This document shows positions 41,564 to 51,673 of a stretch of 64,000 nucleotides of DNA, piece by piece. Origin of the DNA: Diplonema japonicum (taxonomy: Eukaryota > Protista > Euglenozoa: Diplonemea); NCBI GenBank assembly GCA_964019335.1, contig OZ025655.1:124001-188000 (forward strand). Direction: 5' to 3'. A program made the position numbers and the translations under genes. The notes below the pieces were generated by a model. That model was given only the letters and a program-made list of their open reading frames with translations, made no database searches and had not been told where the DNA came from. Position 1 is the first letter of the stretch, and every line of letters starts with the position of its first letter.

Positions 41564-44212
41564 TTAGAATCTTGGAACGGGGAAACAGGTGCACCTGCGC
41601 CCGTGGGGAAAAGGTTGGACGGGGCCTGTTCTCGTTGGGCACATCGGCTTGTCCACGCACTTGGAGTCGTAGTAGTCGCAGTGGTGCTCTGCCATCGCAC
41701 AGCTTTCCCTGTCCTTCAGAGAGCACTGCTGCCCGGCCGAGTGGATAAAGACAACGAAATGGAGGAGCTTCCTGGTGACGGGGATCACGATGGGGGCCGA
41801 GCCTGCTTCCACCTGCAGCCTGAAGGTCACAGTCGGGTGGTGTGGAACGTCAGTGGGGGCCCCCGCGAAGGTGGGGAGATACCTGGGCCCACACCCCGCC
41901 GCTTCGAATCCAGCATCCAGCAGTCCCTTCGGGAGGCCTCCGTTCATCCCCGAGCTGCACGGGAGGCAGTTGTGTACCGTCACGTAGAAGGTGCACGGGT
42001 CTGTGTGGTGCGCGCTATCTTCTCCATGAGGGCACACCAGCTTCACGTACATCCCCTCCTTCCCAAACGCCCCCATGTGAGCAGTCGACCCCTCCAGCCA
42101 CTCCGGGATCCGTACCCATTGCTGCCCGCTCACATCGTCTCCGACCCACACCCCAAGGGGGCTCTCGCCGCCGCCTTCCTTCCCCACCTCCTTCACCACC
42201 ACAGGATGGGCTCCCCCGACCAGCTCTACAGTGCCCTTGTTCTCCCCCTGCTGCGGGTCGGTCTCCTCCGGGACGCCATAGATGTTCAGCCCGTTGGAAG
42301 TGTCCCCGCTCGCGAAGATGTAGCCCCCCTCCGCAACAAGGGAAAGGAGGAAGCCAGAGTTGTCCTGCCCAAGAAGGACAAAGGTGTTCGCGGCGGGCTC
42401 CTCGACCGCCACCAGGCCCTGGTCCTTGCAGGCGAGGTACAGCTTCGAGTTGTAGAGCTGGATCGACGTGCAGCGCGACCCGTCCCCTTCCCGCAGGGGG
42501 TACGGGAGCTCCACCGTCACCTGCATCCCTGTCGCCGCATCGAACTTCACAAGAGTTCCCTTGTGGCTGTCCGTCACCCCGTAGATGTGGCCCTTCCAGT
42601 AGATCCCTTGGAACACGGTGAAGCTCCCGATGTCAAAGTGGGGGAAGCTGCGCTCCACCTCGGGGTGCTCGGGGTCCGACACGTCGATCACAATGATGCT
42701 GTTCGAGGACATCGTGGCATACACCTTCCCGTTGAACCACACAGAGCTCGTGTGTGTGTCCATCCCTGGGATCTTCAAGTGCCCCGCCTCAGACAGGCCG
42801 TTCTTCCTCAGCACAATAAACCAGGTCACAGCCTCGGGGTGCCTGTCCTTCTCGTGGCAGGTCAGGTAGATGTGGTCAGGAGACTGCTCAAGGAACCTCC
42901 CCCCGCGAGTCTTCGTGCAACCAGTGGGGTACCTGTAGGTGGACCGGAGAACAGGGGCCTTGGGGTCCCTGCTGATGTCATAGGACTTGATCATGGTTGG
43001 GAGGGCTATGTACAGCATCCCCTTCCCATCTGTCAGAAGGCTCTTCCCCTCCAGCTGGTCCATCGTCCCCACCTCCTTCGGGTCCGTCTTATCCCTCACA
43101 TTGTGAATGTGAACCATATCCTTGTCCTTCAGGAGGTACGTGTAGTCTCCCTCTTTCGCCAGATCGTACGCGTTCCCAGGGACAGCGAGGGAGGCCAGCA
43201 GCTTGATCTCAGGGATCTCCTCCGGGACGCCATAGATGTTCAGCCCGTTGGAAGTGTCCCCGCTCGCGAAGATGTAGCCCCCCTCCGCAACAAGGGAAAG
43301 GAGGAAGCCAGAGTTGTCCTGCCCAAGAAGGACAATTGTGTCTGGGAGCGGCTCGTCAACTACGATGAGGCCCTGGTCCTTGCAGGCAAGGTACAGCTTC
43401 GAGTTGTAGAGCTGGATCGACGTGCAGCGCGACTGACCCAGAGGGGAGGGGAGGTCCAGGGTCTGCCGCAGCCCCGTCGCCGCATCGAACTTTACGAGGG
43501 CCCCTCTGTGGCTGTCCGTCACCCCGTAGATGTGGCCCTTCCAGTAGATCCCTTGGAACACGGTGAAGCTCCCGATGTCAAAGTGGGGGAAGCTGCGCTT
43601 CTCGGTAGGGTGCTCGGGGTCTGACACGTCGATCACAATGATGCTGTTCGAGGACATCGTGGCATACACCTTCCCGTTGAACCACACGGAGCTCGTGTGT
43701 GTGTCCATCCCTGGGATCTTCAAGTGCCCCGCCTCAGACAGGCCGTTCTTCCTCAGCACAATAAACCAGGTCACAGCCTCGGGGTGCCTGTCCTTCTCGT
43801 GGCAGGTCAGGTAGATGTGGTCGGGAGACTGCTCAAGGAACCTCCCCCCGCGAGTCTTCGTGCAACCAGTGGGGTACCTGTAGGTGGACCGGAGAACAGG
43901 GGCCTTGGGGTCCCTGCTGATGTCGTAGGACCTGATCATGGTTGGGAGGGCTATGTACAGCATCCCCTTCCCATCTGTCAGAAGACTCTTCCCCTCCAGC
44001 TGGTCCATCGTCCTCACCTCCTTCGGGTCCGTCTTATCCCTCACATTGTGAATGTGAACCATGTCCTTGTCCTTCAGGAGGTACGTGTAGTCTCCCTCTT
44101 TCGCCAGATCGTACGCGTTCCCAGGGACAGCGAGGGAGGCCAGCAGCTTGATCTCATCGTGCGTAGCGGTTGCACTGAGCGCCGTCGCAAGCAGTAGCAC
44201 TGCTCTCATCAT
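41564..44212 (-). CDS. 882-aa secreted beta-propeller protein; array copy
   Basis: Translation identical to 31454-34102. Confidence 0.85.
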   Translation of the reverse strand: MMRAVLLLATALSATATHDEIKLLASLAVPGNAYDLAKEGDYTYLLKDKDMVHIHNVRDKTDPKEVRTMDQLEGKSLLTDGKGMLYIALPTMIRSYDISRDPKAPVLRSTYRYPTGCTKTRGGRFLEQSPDHIYLTCHEKDRHPEAVTWFIVLRKNGLSEAGHLKIPGMDTHTSSVWFNGKVYATMSSNSIIVIDVSDPEHPTEKRSFPHFDIGSFTVFQGIYWKGHIYGVTDSHRGALVKFDAATGLRQTLDLPSPLGQSRCTSIQLYNSKLYLACKDQGLIVVDEPLPDTIVLLGQDNSGFLLSLVAEGGYIFASGDTSNGLNIYGVPEEIPEIKLLASLAVPGNAYDLAKEGDYTYLLKDKDMVHIHNVRDKTDPKEVGTMDQLEGKSLLTDGKGMLYIALPTMIKSYDISRDPKAPVLRSTYRYPTGCTKTRGGRFLEQSPDHIYLTCHEKDRHPEAVTWFIVLRKNGLSEAGHLKIPGMDTHTSSVWFNGKVYATMSSNSIIVIDVSDPEHPEVERSFPHFDIGSFTVFQGIYWKGHIYGVTDSHKGTLVKFDAATGMQVTVELPYPLREGDGSRCTSIQLYNSKLYLACKDQGLVAVEEPAANTFVLLGQDNSGFLLSLVAEGGYIFASGDTSNGLNIYGVPEETDPQQGENKGTVELVGGAHPVVVKEVGKEGGGESPLGVWVGDDVSGQQWVRIPEWLEGSTAHMGAFGKEGMYVKLVCPHGEDSAHHTDPCTFYVTVHNCLPCSSGMNGGLPKGLLDAGFEAAGCGPRYLPTFAGAPTDVPHHPTVTFRLQVEAGSAPIVIPVTRKLLHFVVFIHSAGQQCSLKDRESCAMAEHHCDYYDSKCVDKPMCPTRTGPVQPFPHGRRCTCFPVPRF

Positions 44213-44933
44213 CTCTTCTTTTTGTTTTGTTTATGTGGTGTGGGTGTAACCTGTGTACGGGTGTGATATTTATGTGTTTGCTATACGAAAAAAAAGGAAA
44301 TAATTAAAAAAAAGAAAATAAGTCTTCTGCTCCGCCTCCCTCTTTTTCTGTGTCGCTCTATTTCCCTCCATCTCTCTCTCTCTCTCTGTCCATTCTAATG
44401 CTCGAAAACGCGCACCAGTTTGGAACCAAAAAGAAAGAAGAAGAATGAGAAAAGAAAAACACAAAAAAGAAGGTAGCAAAAGAGTTCGCTAGGGAAAAGG
44501 GAGACGAATATGAATAGCGTTGTGCCCGGGTTGTGATTTTGCTCACTCCCCTCGTTAGTAGAAAAGAGCTTACCGGTTGGTAACACCAGTAATTATTAAA
44601 GGCTGCTTTTGCAAAGACGAGCCAAAAAGAACAAAAGAAAAATATAAATATCCCAAAAATCGTTTGTTCCCATTCGCACTGTCACTCCACCGTAGAGGGT
44701 GCACAATGCTTACGTGAATAAACCATTTTAGCTCGAATCTTTCTCTCTCTCTTCTTTGTGCGATGCACAAGAAGGAAAGAAGGAAAGAACAAAAATGAAA
44801 GAGATTCTCTTCTCAATAGAAGAGACCAAAGAAAGATGAAGGGAGGATATGAAAAGTGTGGAAACCGAAGGTGTAGGAACCTTCTAGAGGAAAGCTTGCT
44901 TATTATGATAGATTTTACCTTTTCTTCTTTAGA

Positions 44934-47582
44934 TTAGAATCTTGGAACGGGGAAACAGGTGCACCTGCGCCCGTGGGGAAAAGGTTGGACGGGGCCTGTT
45001 CTCGTTGGGCACATCGGCTTGTCCACGCACTTGGAGTCGTAGTAGTCGCAGTGGTGCTCTGCCATCGCACAGCTTTCCCTGTCCTTCAGAGAGCACTGCT
45101 GCCCGGCCGAGTGGATAAAGACAACGAAATGGAGGAGCTTCCTGGTGACGGGGATCACGATGGGGGCCGAGCCTGCTTCCACCTGCAGCCTGAAGGTCAC
45201 AGTCGGGTGGTGTGGAACGTCAGTGGGGGCCCCCGCGAAGGTGGGGAGATACCTGGGCCCACACCCCGCCGCTTCGAATCCAGCATCCAGCAGTCCCTTC
45301 GGGAGGCCTCCGTTCATCCCCGAGCTGCACGGGAGGCAGTTGTGTACCGTCACGTAGAAGGTGCACGGGTCTGTGTGGTGCGCGCTATCTTCTCCATGAG
45401 GGCACACCAGCTTCACGTACATCCCCTCCTTCCCAAACGCCCCCATGTGAGCAGTCGACCCCTCCAGCCACTCCGGGATCCGTACCCATTGCTGCCCGCT
45501 CACATCGTCTCCGACCCACACCCCAAGGGGGCTCTCGCCGCCGCCTTCCTTCCCCACCTCCTTCACCACCACAGGATGGGCTCCCCCGACCAGCTCTACA
45601 GTGCCCTTGTTCTCCCCCTGCTGCGGGTCGGTCTCCTCCGGGACGCCATAGATGTTCAGCCCGTTGGAAGTGTCCCCGCTCGCGAAGATGTAGCCCCCCT
45701 CCGCAACAAGGGAAAGGAGGAAGCCAGAGTTGTCCTGCCCAAGAAGGACAAAGGTGTTCGCGGCGGGCTCCTCGACCGCCACCAGGCCCTGGTCCTTGCA
45801 GGCGAGGTACAGCTTCGAGTTGTAGAGCTGGATCGACGTGCAGCGCGACCCGTCCCCTTCCCGCAGGGGGTACGGGAGCTCCACCGTCACCTGCATCCCT
45901 GTCGCCGCATCGAACTTCACAAGAGTTCCCTTGTGGCTGTCCGTCACCCCGTAGATGTGGCCCTTCCAGTAGATCCCTTGGAACACGGTGAAGCTCCCGA
46001 TGTCAAAGTGGGGGAAGCTGCGCTCCACCTCGGGGTGCTCGGGGTCCGACACGTCGATCACAATGATGCTGTTCGAGGACATCGTGGCATACACCTTCCC
46101 GTTGAACCACACAGAGCTCGTGTGTGTGTCCATCCCTGGGATCTTCAAGTGCCCCGCCTCAGACAGGCCGTTCTTCCTCAGCACAATAAACCAGGTCACA
46201 GCCTCGGGGTGCCTGTCCTTCTCGTGGCAGGTCAGGTAGATGTGGTCAGGAGACTGCTCAAGGAACCTCCCCCCGCGAGTCTTCGTGCAACCAGTGGGGT
46301 ACCTGTAGGTGGACCGGAGAACAGGGGCCTTGGGGTCCCTGCTGATGTCATAGGACTTGATCATGGTTGGGAGGGCTATGTACAGCATCCCCTTCCCATC
46401 TGTCAGAAGGCTCTTCCCCTCCAGCTGGTCCATCGTCCCCACCTCCTTCGGGTCCGTCTTATCCCTCACATTGTGAATGTGAACCATATCCTTGTCCTTC
46501 AGGAGGTACGTGTAGTCTCCCTCTTTCGCCAGATCGTACGCGTTCCCAGGGACAGCGAGGGAGGCCAGCAGCTTGATCTCAGGGATCTCCTCCGGGACGC
46601 CATAGATGTTCAGCCCGTTGGAAGTGTCCCCGCTCGCGAAGATGTAGCCCCCCTCCGCAACAAGGGAAAGGAGGAAGCCAGAGTTGTCCTGCCCAAGAAG
46701 GACAATTGTGTCTGGGAGCGGCTCGTCAACTACGATGAGGCCCTGGTCCTTGCAGGCAAGGTACAGCTTCGAGTTGTAGAGCTGGATCGACGTGCAGCGC
46801 GACTGACCCAGAGGGGAGGGGAGGTCCAGGGTCTGCCGCAGCCCCGTCGCCGCATCGAACTTTACGAGGGCCCCTCTGTGGCTGTCCGTCACCCCGTAGA
46901 TGTGGCCCTTCCAGTAGATCCCTTGGAACACGGTGAAGCTCCCGATGTCAAAGTGGGGGAAGCTGCGCTTCTCGGTAGGGTGCTCGGGGTCTGACACGTC
47001 GATCACAATGATGCTGTTCGAGGACATCGTGGCATACACCTTCCCGTTGAACCACACGGAGCTCGTGTGTGTGTCCATCCCTGGGATCTTCAAGTGCCCC
47101 GCCTCAGACAGGCCGTTCTTCCTCAGCACAATAAACCAGGTCACAGCCTCGGGGTGCCTGTCCTTCTCGTGGCAGGTCAGGTAGATGTGGTCGGGAGACT
47201 GCTCAAGGAACCTCCCCCCGCGAGTCTTCGTGCAACCAGTGGGGTACCTGTAGGTGGACCGGAGAACAGGGGCCTTGGGGTCCCTGCTGATGTCGTAGGA
47301 CCTGATCATGGTTGGGAGGGCTATGTACAGCATCCCCTTCCCATCTGTCAGAAGACTCTTCCCCTCCAGCTGGTCCATCGTCCTCACCTCCTTCGGGTCC
47401 GTCTTATCCCTCACATTGTGAATGTGAACCATGTCCTTGTCCTTCAGGAGGTACGTGTAGTCTCCCTCTTTCGCCAGATCGTACGCGTTCCCAGGGACAG
47501 CGAGGGAGGCCAGCAGCTTGATCTCATCGTGCGTAGCGGTTGCACTGAGCGCCGTCGCAAGCAGTAGCACTGCTCTCATCAT
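44934..47582 (-). CDS. 882-aa secreted beta-propeller protein; array copy
   Basis: Translation identical to 31454-34102. Confidence 0.85.
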   Translation of the reverse strand: MMRAVLLLATALSATATHDEIKLLASLAVPGNAYDLAKEGDYTYLLKDKDMVHIHNVRDKTDPKEVRTMDQLEGKSLLTDGKGMLYIALPTMIRSYDISRDPKAPVLRSTYRYPTGCTKTRGGRFLEQSPDHIYLTCHEKDRHPEAVTWFIVLRKNGLSEAGHLKIPGMDTHTSSVWFNGKVYATMSSNSIIVIDVSDPEHPTEKRSFPHFDIGSFTVFQGIYWKGHIYGVTDSHRGALVKFDAATGLRQTLDLPSPLGQSRCTSIQLYNSKLYLACKDQGLIVVDEPLPDTIVLLGQDNSGFLLSLVAEGGYIFASGDTSNGLNIYGVPEEIPEIKLLASLAVPGNAYDLAKEGDYTYLLKDKDMVHIHNVRDKTDPKEVGTMDQLEGKSLLTDGKGMLYIALPTMIKSYDISRDPKAPVLRSTYRYPTGCTKTRGGRFLEQSPDHIYLTCHEKDRHPEAVTWFIVLRKNGLSEAGHLKIPGMDTHTSSVWFNGKVYATMSSNSIIVIDVSDPEHPEVERSFPHFDIGSFTVFQGIYWKGHIYGVTDSHKGTLVKFDAATGMQVTVELPYPLREGDGSRCTSIQLYNSKLYLACKDQGLVAVEEPAANTFVLLGQDNSGFLLSLVAEGGYIFASGDTSNGLNIYGVPEETDPQQGENKGTVELVGGAHPVVVKEVGKEGGGESPLGVWVGDDVSGQQWVRIPEWLEGSTAHMGAFGKEGMYVKLVCPHGEDSAHHTDPCTFYVTVHNCLPCSSGMNGGLPKGLLDAGFEAAGCGPRYLPTFAGAPTDVPHHPTVTFRLQVEAGSAPIVIPVTRKLLHFVVFIHSAGQQCSLKDRESCAMAEHHCDYYDSKCVDKPMCPTRTGPVQPFPHGRRCTCFPVPRF

Positions 47583-48303
47583 CTCTTCTTTTTGTTTTGT
47601 TTATGTGGTGTGGGTGTAACCTGTGTACGGGTGTGATATTTATGTGTTTGCTATACGAAAAAAAAGGAAATAATTAAAAAAAAGAAAATAAGTCTTCTGC
47701 TCCGCCTCCCTCTTTTTCTGTGTCGCTCTATTTCCCTCCATCTCTCTCTCTCTCTCTGTCCATTCTAATGCTCGAAAACGCGCACCAGTTTGGAACCAAA
47801 AAGAAAGAAGAAGAATGAGAAAAGAAAAACACAAAAAAGAAGGTAGCAAAAGAGTTCGCTAGGGAAAAGGGAGACGAATATGAATAGCGTTGTGCCCGGG
47901 TTGTGATTTTGCTCACTCCCCTCGTTAGTAGAAAAGAGCTTACCGGTTGGTAACACCAGTAATTATTAAAGGCTGCTTTTGCAAAGACGAGCCAAAAAGA
48001 ACAAAAGAAAAATATAAATATCCCAAAAATCGTTTGTTCCCATTCGCACTGTCACTCCACCGTAGAGGGTGCACAATGCTTACGTGAATAAACCATTTTA
48101 GCTCGAATCTTTCTCTCTCTCTTCTTTGTGCGATGCACAAGAAGGAAAGAAGGAAAGAACAAAAATGAAAGAGATTCTCTTCTCAATAGAAGAGACCAAA
48201 GAAAGATGAAGGGAGGATATGAAAAGTGTGGAAACCGAAGGTGTAGGAACCTTCTAGAGGAAAGCTTGCTTATTATGATAGATTTTACCTTTTCTTCTTT
48301 AGA

Positions 48304-50952
48304 TTAGAATCTTGGAACGGGGAAACAGGTGCACCTGCGCCCGTGGGGAAAAGGTTGGACGGGGCCTGTTCTCGTTGGGCACATCGGCTTGTCCACGCAC
48401 TTGGAGTCGTAGTAGTCGCAGTGGTGCTCTGCCATCGCACAGCTTTCCCTGTCCTTCAGAGAGCACTGCTGCCCGGCCGAGTGGATAAAGACAACGAAAT
48501 GGAGGAGCTTCCTGGTGACGGGGATCACGATGGGGGCCGAGCCTGCTTCCACCTGCAGCCTGAAGGTCACAGTCGGGTGGTGTGGAACGTCAGTGGGGGC
48601 CCCCGCGAAGGTGGGGAGATACCTGGGCCCACACCCCGCCGCTTCGAATCCAGCATCCAGCAGTCCCTTCGGGAGGCCTCCGTTCATCCCCGAGCTGCAC
48701 GGGAGGCAGTTGTGTACCGTCACGTAGAAGGTGCACGGGTCTGTGTGGTGCGCGCTATCTTCTCCATGAGGGCACACCAGCTTCACGTACATCCCCTCCT
48801 TCCCAAACGCCCCCATGTGAGCAGTCGACCCCTCCAGCCACTCCGGGATCCGTACCCATTGCTGCCCGCTCACATCGTCTCCGACCCACACCCCAAGGGG
48901 GCTCTCGCCGCCGCCTTCCTTCCCCACCTCCTTCACCACCACAGGATGGGCTCCCCCGACCAGCTCTACAGTGCCCTTGTTCTCCCCCTGCTGCGGGTCG
49001 GTCTCCTCCGGGACGCCATAGATGTTCAGCCCGTTGGAAGTGTCCCCGCTCGCGAAGATGTAGCCCCCCTCCGCAACAAGGGAAAGGAGGAAGCCAGAGT
49101 TGTCCTGCCCAAGAAGGACAAAGGTGTTCGCGGCGGGCTCCTCGACCGCCACCAGGCCCTGGTCCTTGCAGGCGAGGTACAGCTTCGAGTTGTAGAGCTG
49201 GATCGACGTGCAGCGCGACCCGTCCCCTTCCCGCAGGGGGTACGGGAGCTCCACCGTCACCTGCATCCCTGTCGCCGCATCGAACTTCACAAGAGTTCCC
49301 TTGTGGCTGTCCGTCACCCCGTAGATGTGGCCCTTCCAGTAGATCCCTTGGAACACGGTGAAGCTCCCGATGTCAAAGTGGGGGAAGCTGCGCTCCACCT
49401 CGGGGTGCTCGGGGTCCGACACGTCGATCACAATGATGCTGTTCGAGGACATCGTGGCATACACCTTCCCGTTGAACCACACAGAGCTCGTGTGTGTGTC
49501 CATCCCTGGGATCTTCAAGTGCCCCGCCTCAGACAGGCCGTTCTTCCTCAGCACAATAAACCAGGTCACAGCCTCGGGGTGCCTGTCCTTCTCGTGGCAG
49601 GTCAGGTAGATGTGGTCAGGAGACTGCTCAAGGAACCTCCCCCCGCGAGTCTTCGTGCAACCAGTGGGGTACCTGTAGGTGGACCGGAGAACAGGGGCCT
49701 TGGGGTCCCTGCTGATGTCATAGGACTTGATCATGGTTGGGAGGGCTATGTACAGCATCCCCTTCCCATCTGTCAGAAGGCTCTTCCCCTCCAGCTGGTC
49801 CATCGTCCCCACCTCCTTCGGGTCCGTCTTATCCCTCACATTGTGAATGTGAACCATATCCTTGTCCTTCAGGAGGTACGTGTAGTCTCCCTCTTTCGCC
49901 AGATCGTACGCGTTCCCAGGGACAGCGAGGGAGGCCAGCAGCTTGATCTCAGGGATCTCCTCCGGGACGCCATAGATGTTCAGCCCGTTGGAAGTGTCCC
50001 CGCTCGCGAAGATGTAGCCCCCCTCCGCAACAAGGGAAAGGAGGAAGCCAGAGTTGTCCTGCCCAAGAAGGACAATTGTGTCTGGGAGCGGCTCGTCAAC
50101 TACGATGAGGCCCTGGTCCTTGCAGGCAAGGTACAGCTTCGAGTTGTAGAGCTGGATCGACGTGCAGCGCGACTGACCCAGAGGGGAGGGGAGGTCCAGG
50201 GTCTGCCGCAGCCCCGTCGCCGCATCGAACTTTACGAGGGCCCCTCTGTGGCTGTCCGTCACCCCGTAGATGTGGCCCTTCCAGTAGATCCCTTGGAACA
50301 CGGTGAAGCTCCCGATGTCAAAGTGGGGGAAGCTGCGCTTCTCGGTAGGGTGCTCGGGGTCTGACACGTCGATCACAATGATGCTGTTCGAGGACATCGT
50401 GGCATACACCTTCCCGTTGAACCACACGGAGCTCGTGTGTGTGTCCATCCCTGGGATCTTCAAGTGCCCCGCCTCAGACAGGCCGTTCTTCCTCAGCACA
50501 ATAAACCAGGTCACAGCCTCGGGGTGCCTGTCCTTCTCGTGGCAGGTCAGGTAGATGTGGTCGGGAGACTGCTCAAGGAACCTCCCCCCGCGAGTCTTCG
50601 TGCAACCAGTGGGGTACCTGTAGGTGGACCGGAGAACAGGGGCCTTGGGGTCCCTGCTGATGTCGTAGGACCTGATCATGGTTGGGAGGGCTATGTACAG
50701 CATCCCCTTCCCATCTGTCAGAAGACTCTTCCCCTCCAGCTGGTCCATCGTCCTCACCTCCTTCGGGTCCGTCTTATCCCTCACATTGTGAATGTGAACC
50801 ATGTCCTTGTCCTTCAGGAGGTACGTGTAGTCTCCCTCTTTCGCCAGATCGTACGCGTTCCCAGGGACAGCGAGGGAGGCCAGCAGCTTGATCTCATCGT
50901 GCGTAGCGGTTGCACTGAGCGCCGTCGCAAGCAGTAGCACTGCTCTCATCAT
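48304..50952 (-). CDS. 882-aa secreted beta-propeller protein; array copy
   Basis: Translation identical to 31454-34102. Confidence 0.85.
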   Translation of the reverse strand: MMRAVLLLATALSATATHDEIKLLASLAVPGNAYDLAKEGDYTYLLKDKDMVHIHNVRDKTDPKEVRTMDQLEGKSLLTDGKGMLYIALPTMIRSYDISRDPKAPVLRSTYRYPTGCTKTRGGRFLEQSPDHIYLTCHEKDRHPEAVTWFIVLRKNGLSEAGHLKIPGMDTHTSSVWFNGKVYATMSSNSIIVIDVSDPEHPTEKRSFPHFDIGSFTVFQGIYWKGHIYGVTDSHRGALVKFDAATGLRQTLDLPSPLGQSRCTSIQLYNSKLYLACKDQGLIVVDEPLPDTIVLLGQDNSGFLLSLVAEGGYIFASGDTSNGLNIYGVPEEIPEIKLLASLAVPGNAYDLAKEGDYTYLLKDKDMVHIHNVRDKTDPKEVGTMDQLEGKSLLTDGKGMLYIALPTMIKSYDISRDPKAPVLRSTYRYPTGCTKTRGGRFLEQSPDHIYLTCHEKDRHPEAVTWFIVLRKNGLSEAGHLKIPGMDTHTSSVWFNGKVYATMSSNSIIVIDVSDPEHPEVERSFPHFDIGSFTVFQGIYWKGHIYGVTDSHKGTLVKFDAATGMQVTVELPYPLREGDGSRCTSIQLYNSKLYLACKDQGLVAVEEPAANTFVLLGQDNSGFLLSLVAEGGYIFASGDTSNGLNIYGVPEETDPQQGENKGTVELVGGAHPVVVKEVGKEGGGESPLGVWVGDDVSGQQWVRIPEWLEGSTAHMGAFGKEGMYVKLVCPHGEDSAHHTDPCTFYVTVHNCLPCSSGMNGGLPKGLLDAGFEAAGCGPRYLPTFAGAPTDVPHHPTVTFRLQVEAGSAPIVIPVTRKLLHFVVFIHSAGQQCSLKDRESCAMAEHHCDYYDSKCVDKPMCPTRTGPVQPFPHGRRCTCFPVPRF

Positions 50953-51673
50953 CTCTTCTTTTTGTTTTGTTTATGTGGTGTGGGTGTAACCTGTGTACGG
51001 GTGTGATATTTATGTGTTTGCTATACGAAAAAAAAGGAAATAATTAAAAAAAAGAAAATAAGTCTTCTGCTCCGCCTCCCTCTTTTTCTGTGTCGCTCTA
51101 TTTCCCTCCATCTCTCTCTCTCTCTCTGTCCATTCTAATGCTCGAAAACGCGCACCAGTTTGGAACCAAAAAGAAAGAAGAAGAATGAGAAAAGAAAAAC
51201 ACAAAAAAGAAGGTAGCAAAAGAGTTCGCTAGGGAAAAGGGAGACGAATATGAATAGCGTTGTGCCCGGGTTGTGATTTTGCTCACTCCCCTCGTTAGTA
51301 GAAAAGAGCTTACCGGTTGGTAACACCAGTAATTATTAAAGGCTGCTTTTGCAAAGACGAGCCAAAAAGAACAAAAGAAAAATATAAATATCCCAAAAAT
51401 CGTTTGTTCCCATTCGCACTGTCACTCCACCGTAGAGGGTGCACAATGCTTACGTGAATAAACCATTTTAGCTCGAATCTTTCTCTCTCTCTTCTTTGTG
51501 CGATGCACAAGAAGGAAAGAAGGAAAGAACAAAAATGAAAGAGATTCTCTTCTCAATAGAAGAGACCAAAGAAAGATGAAGGGAGGATATGAAAAGTGTG
51601 GAAACCGAAGGTGTAGGAACCTTCTAGAGGAAAGCTTGCTTATTATGATAGATTTTACCTTTTCTTCTTTAGA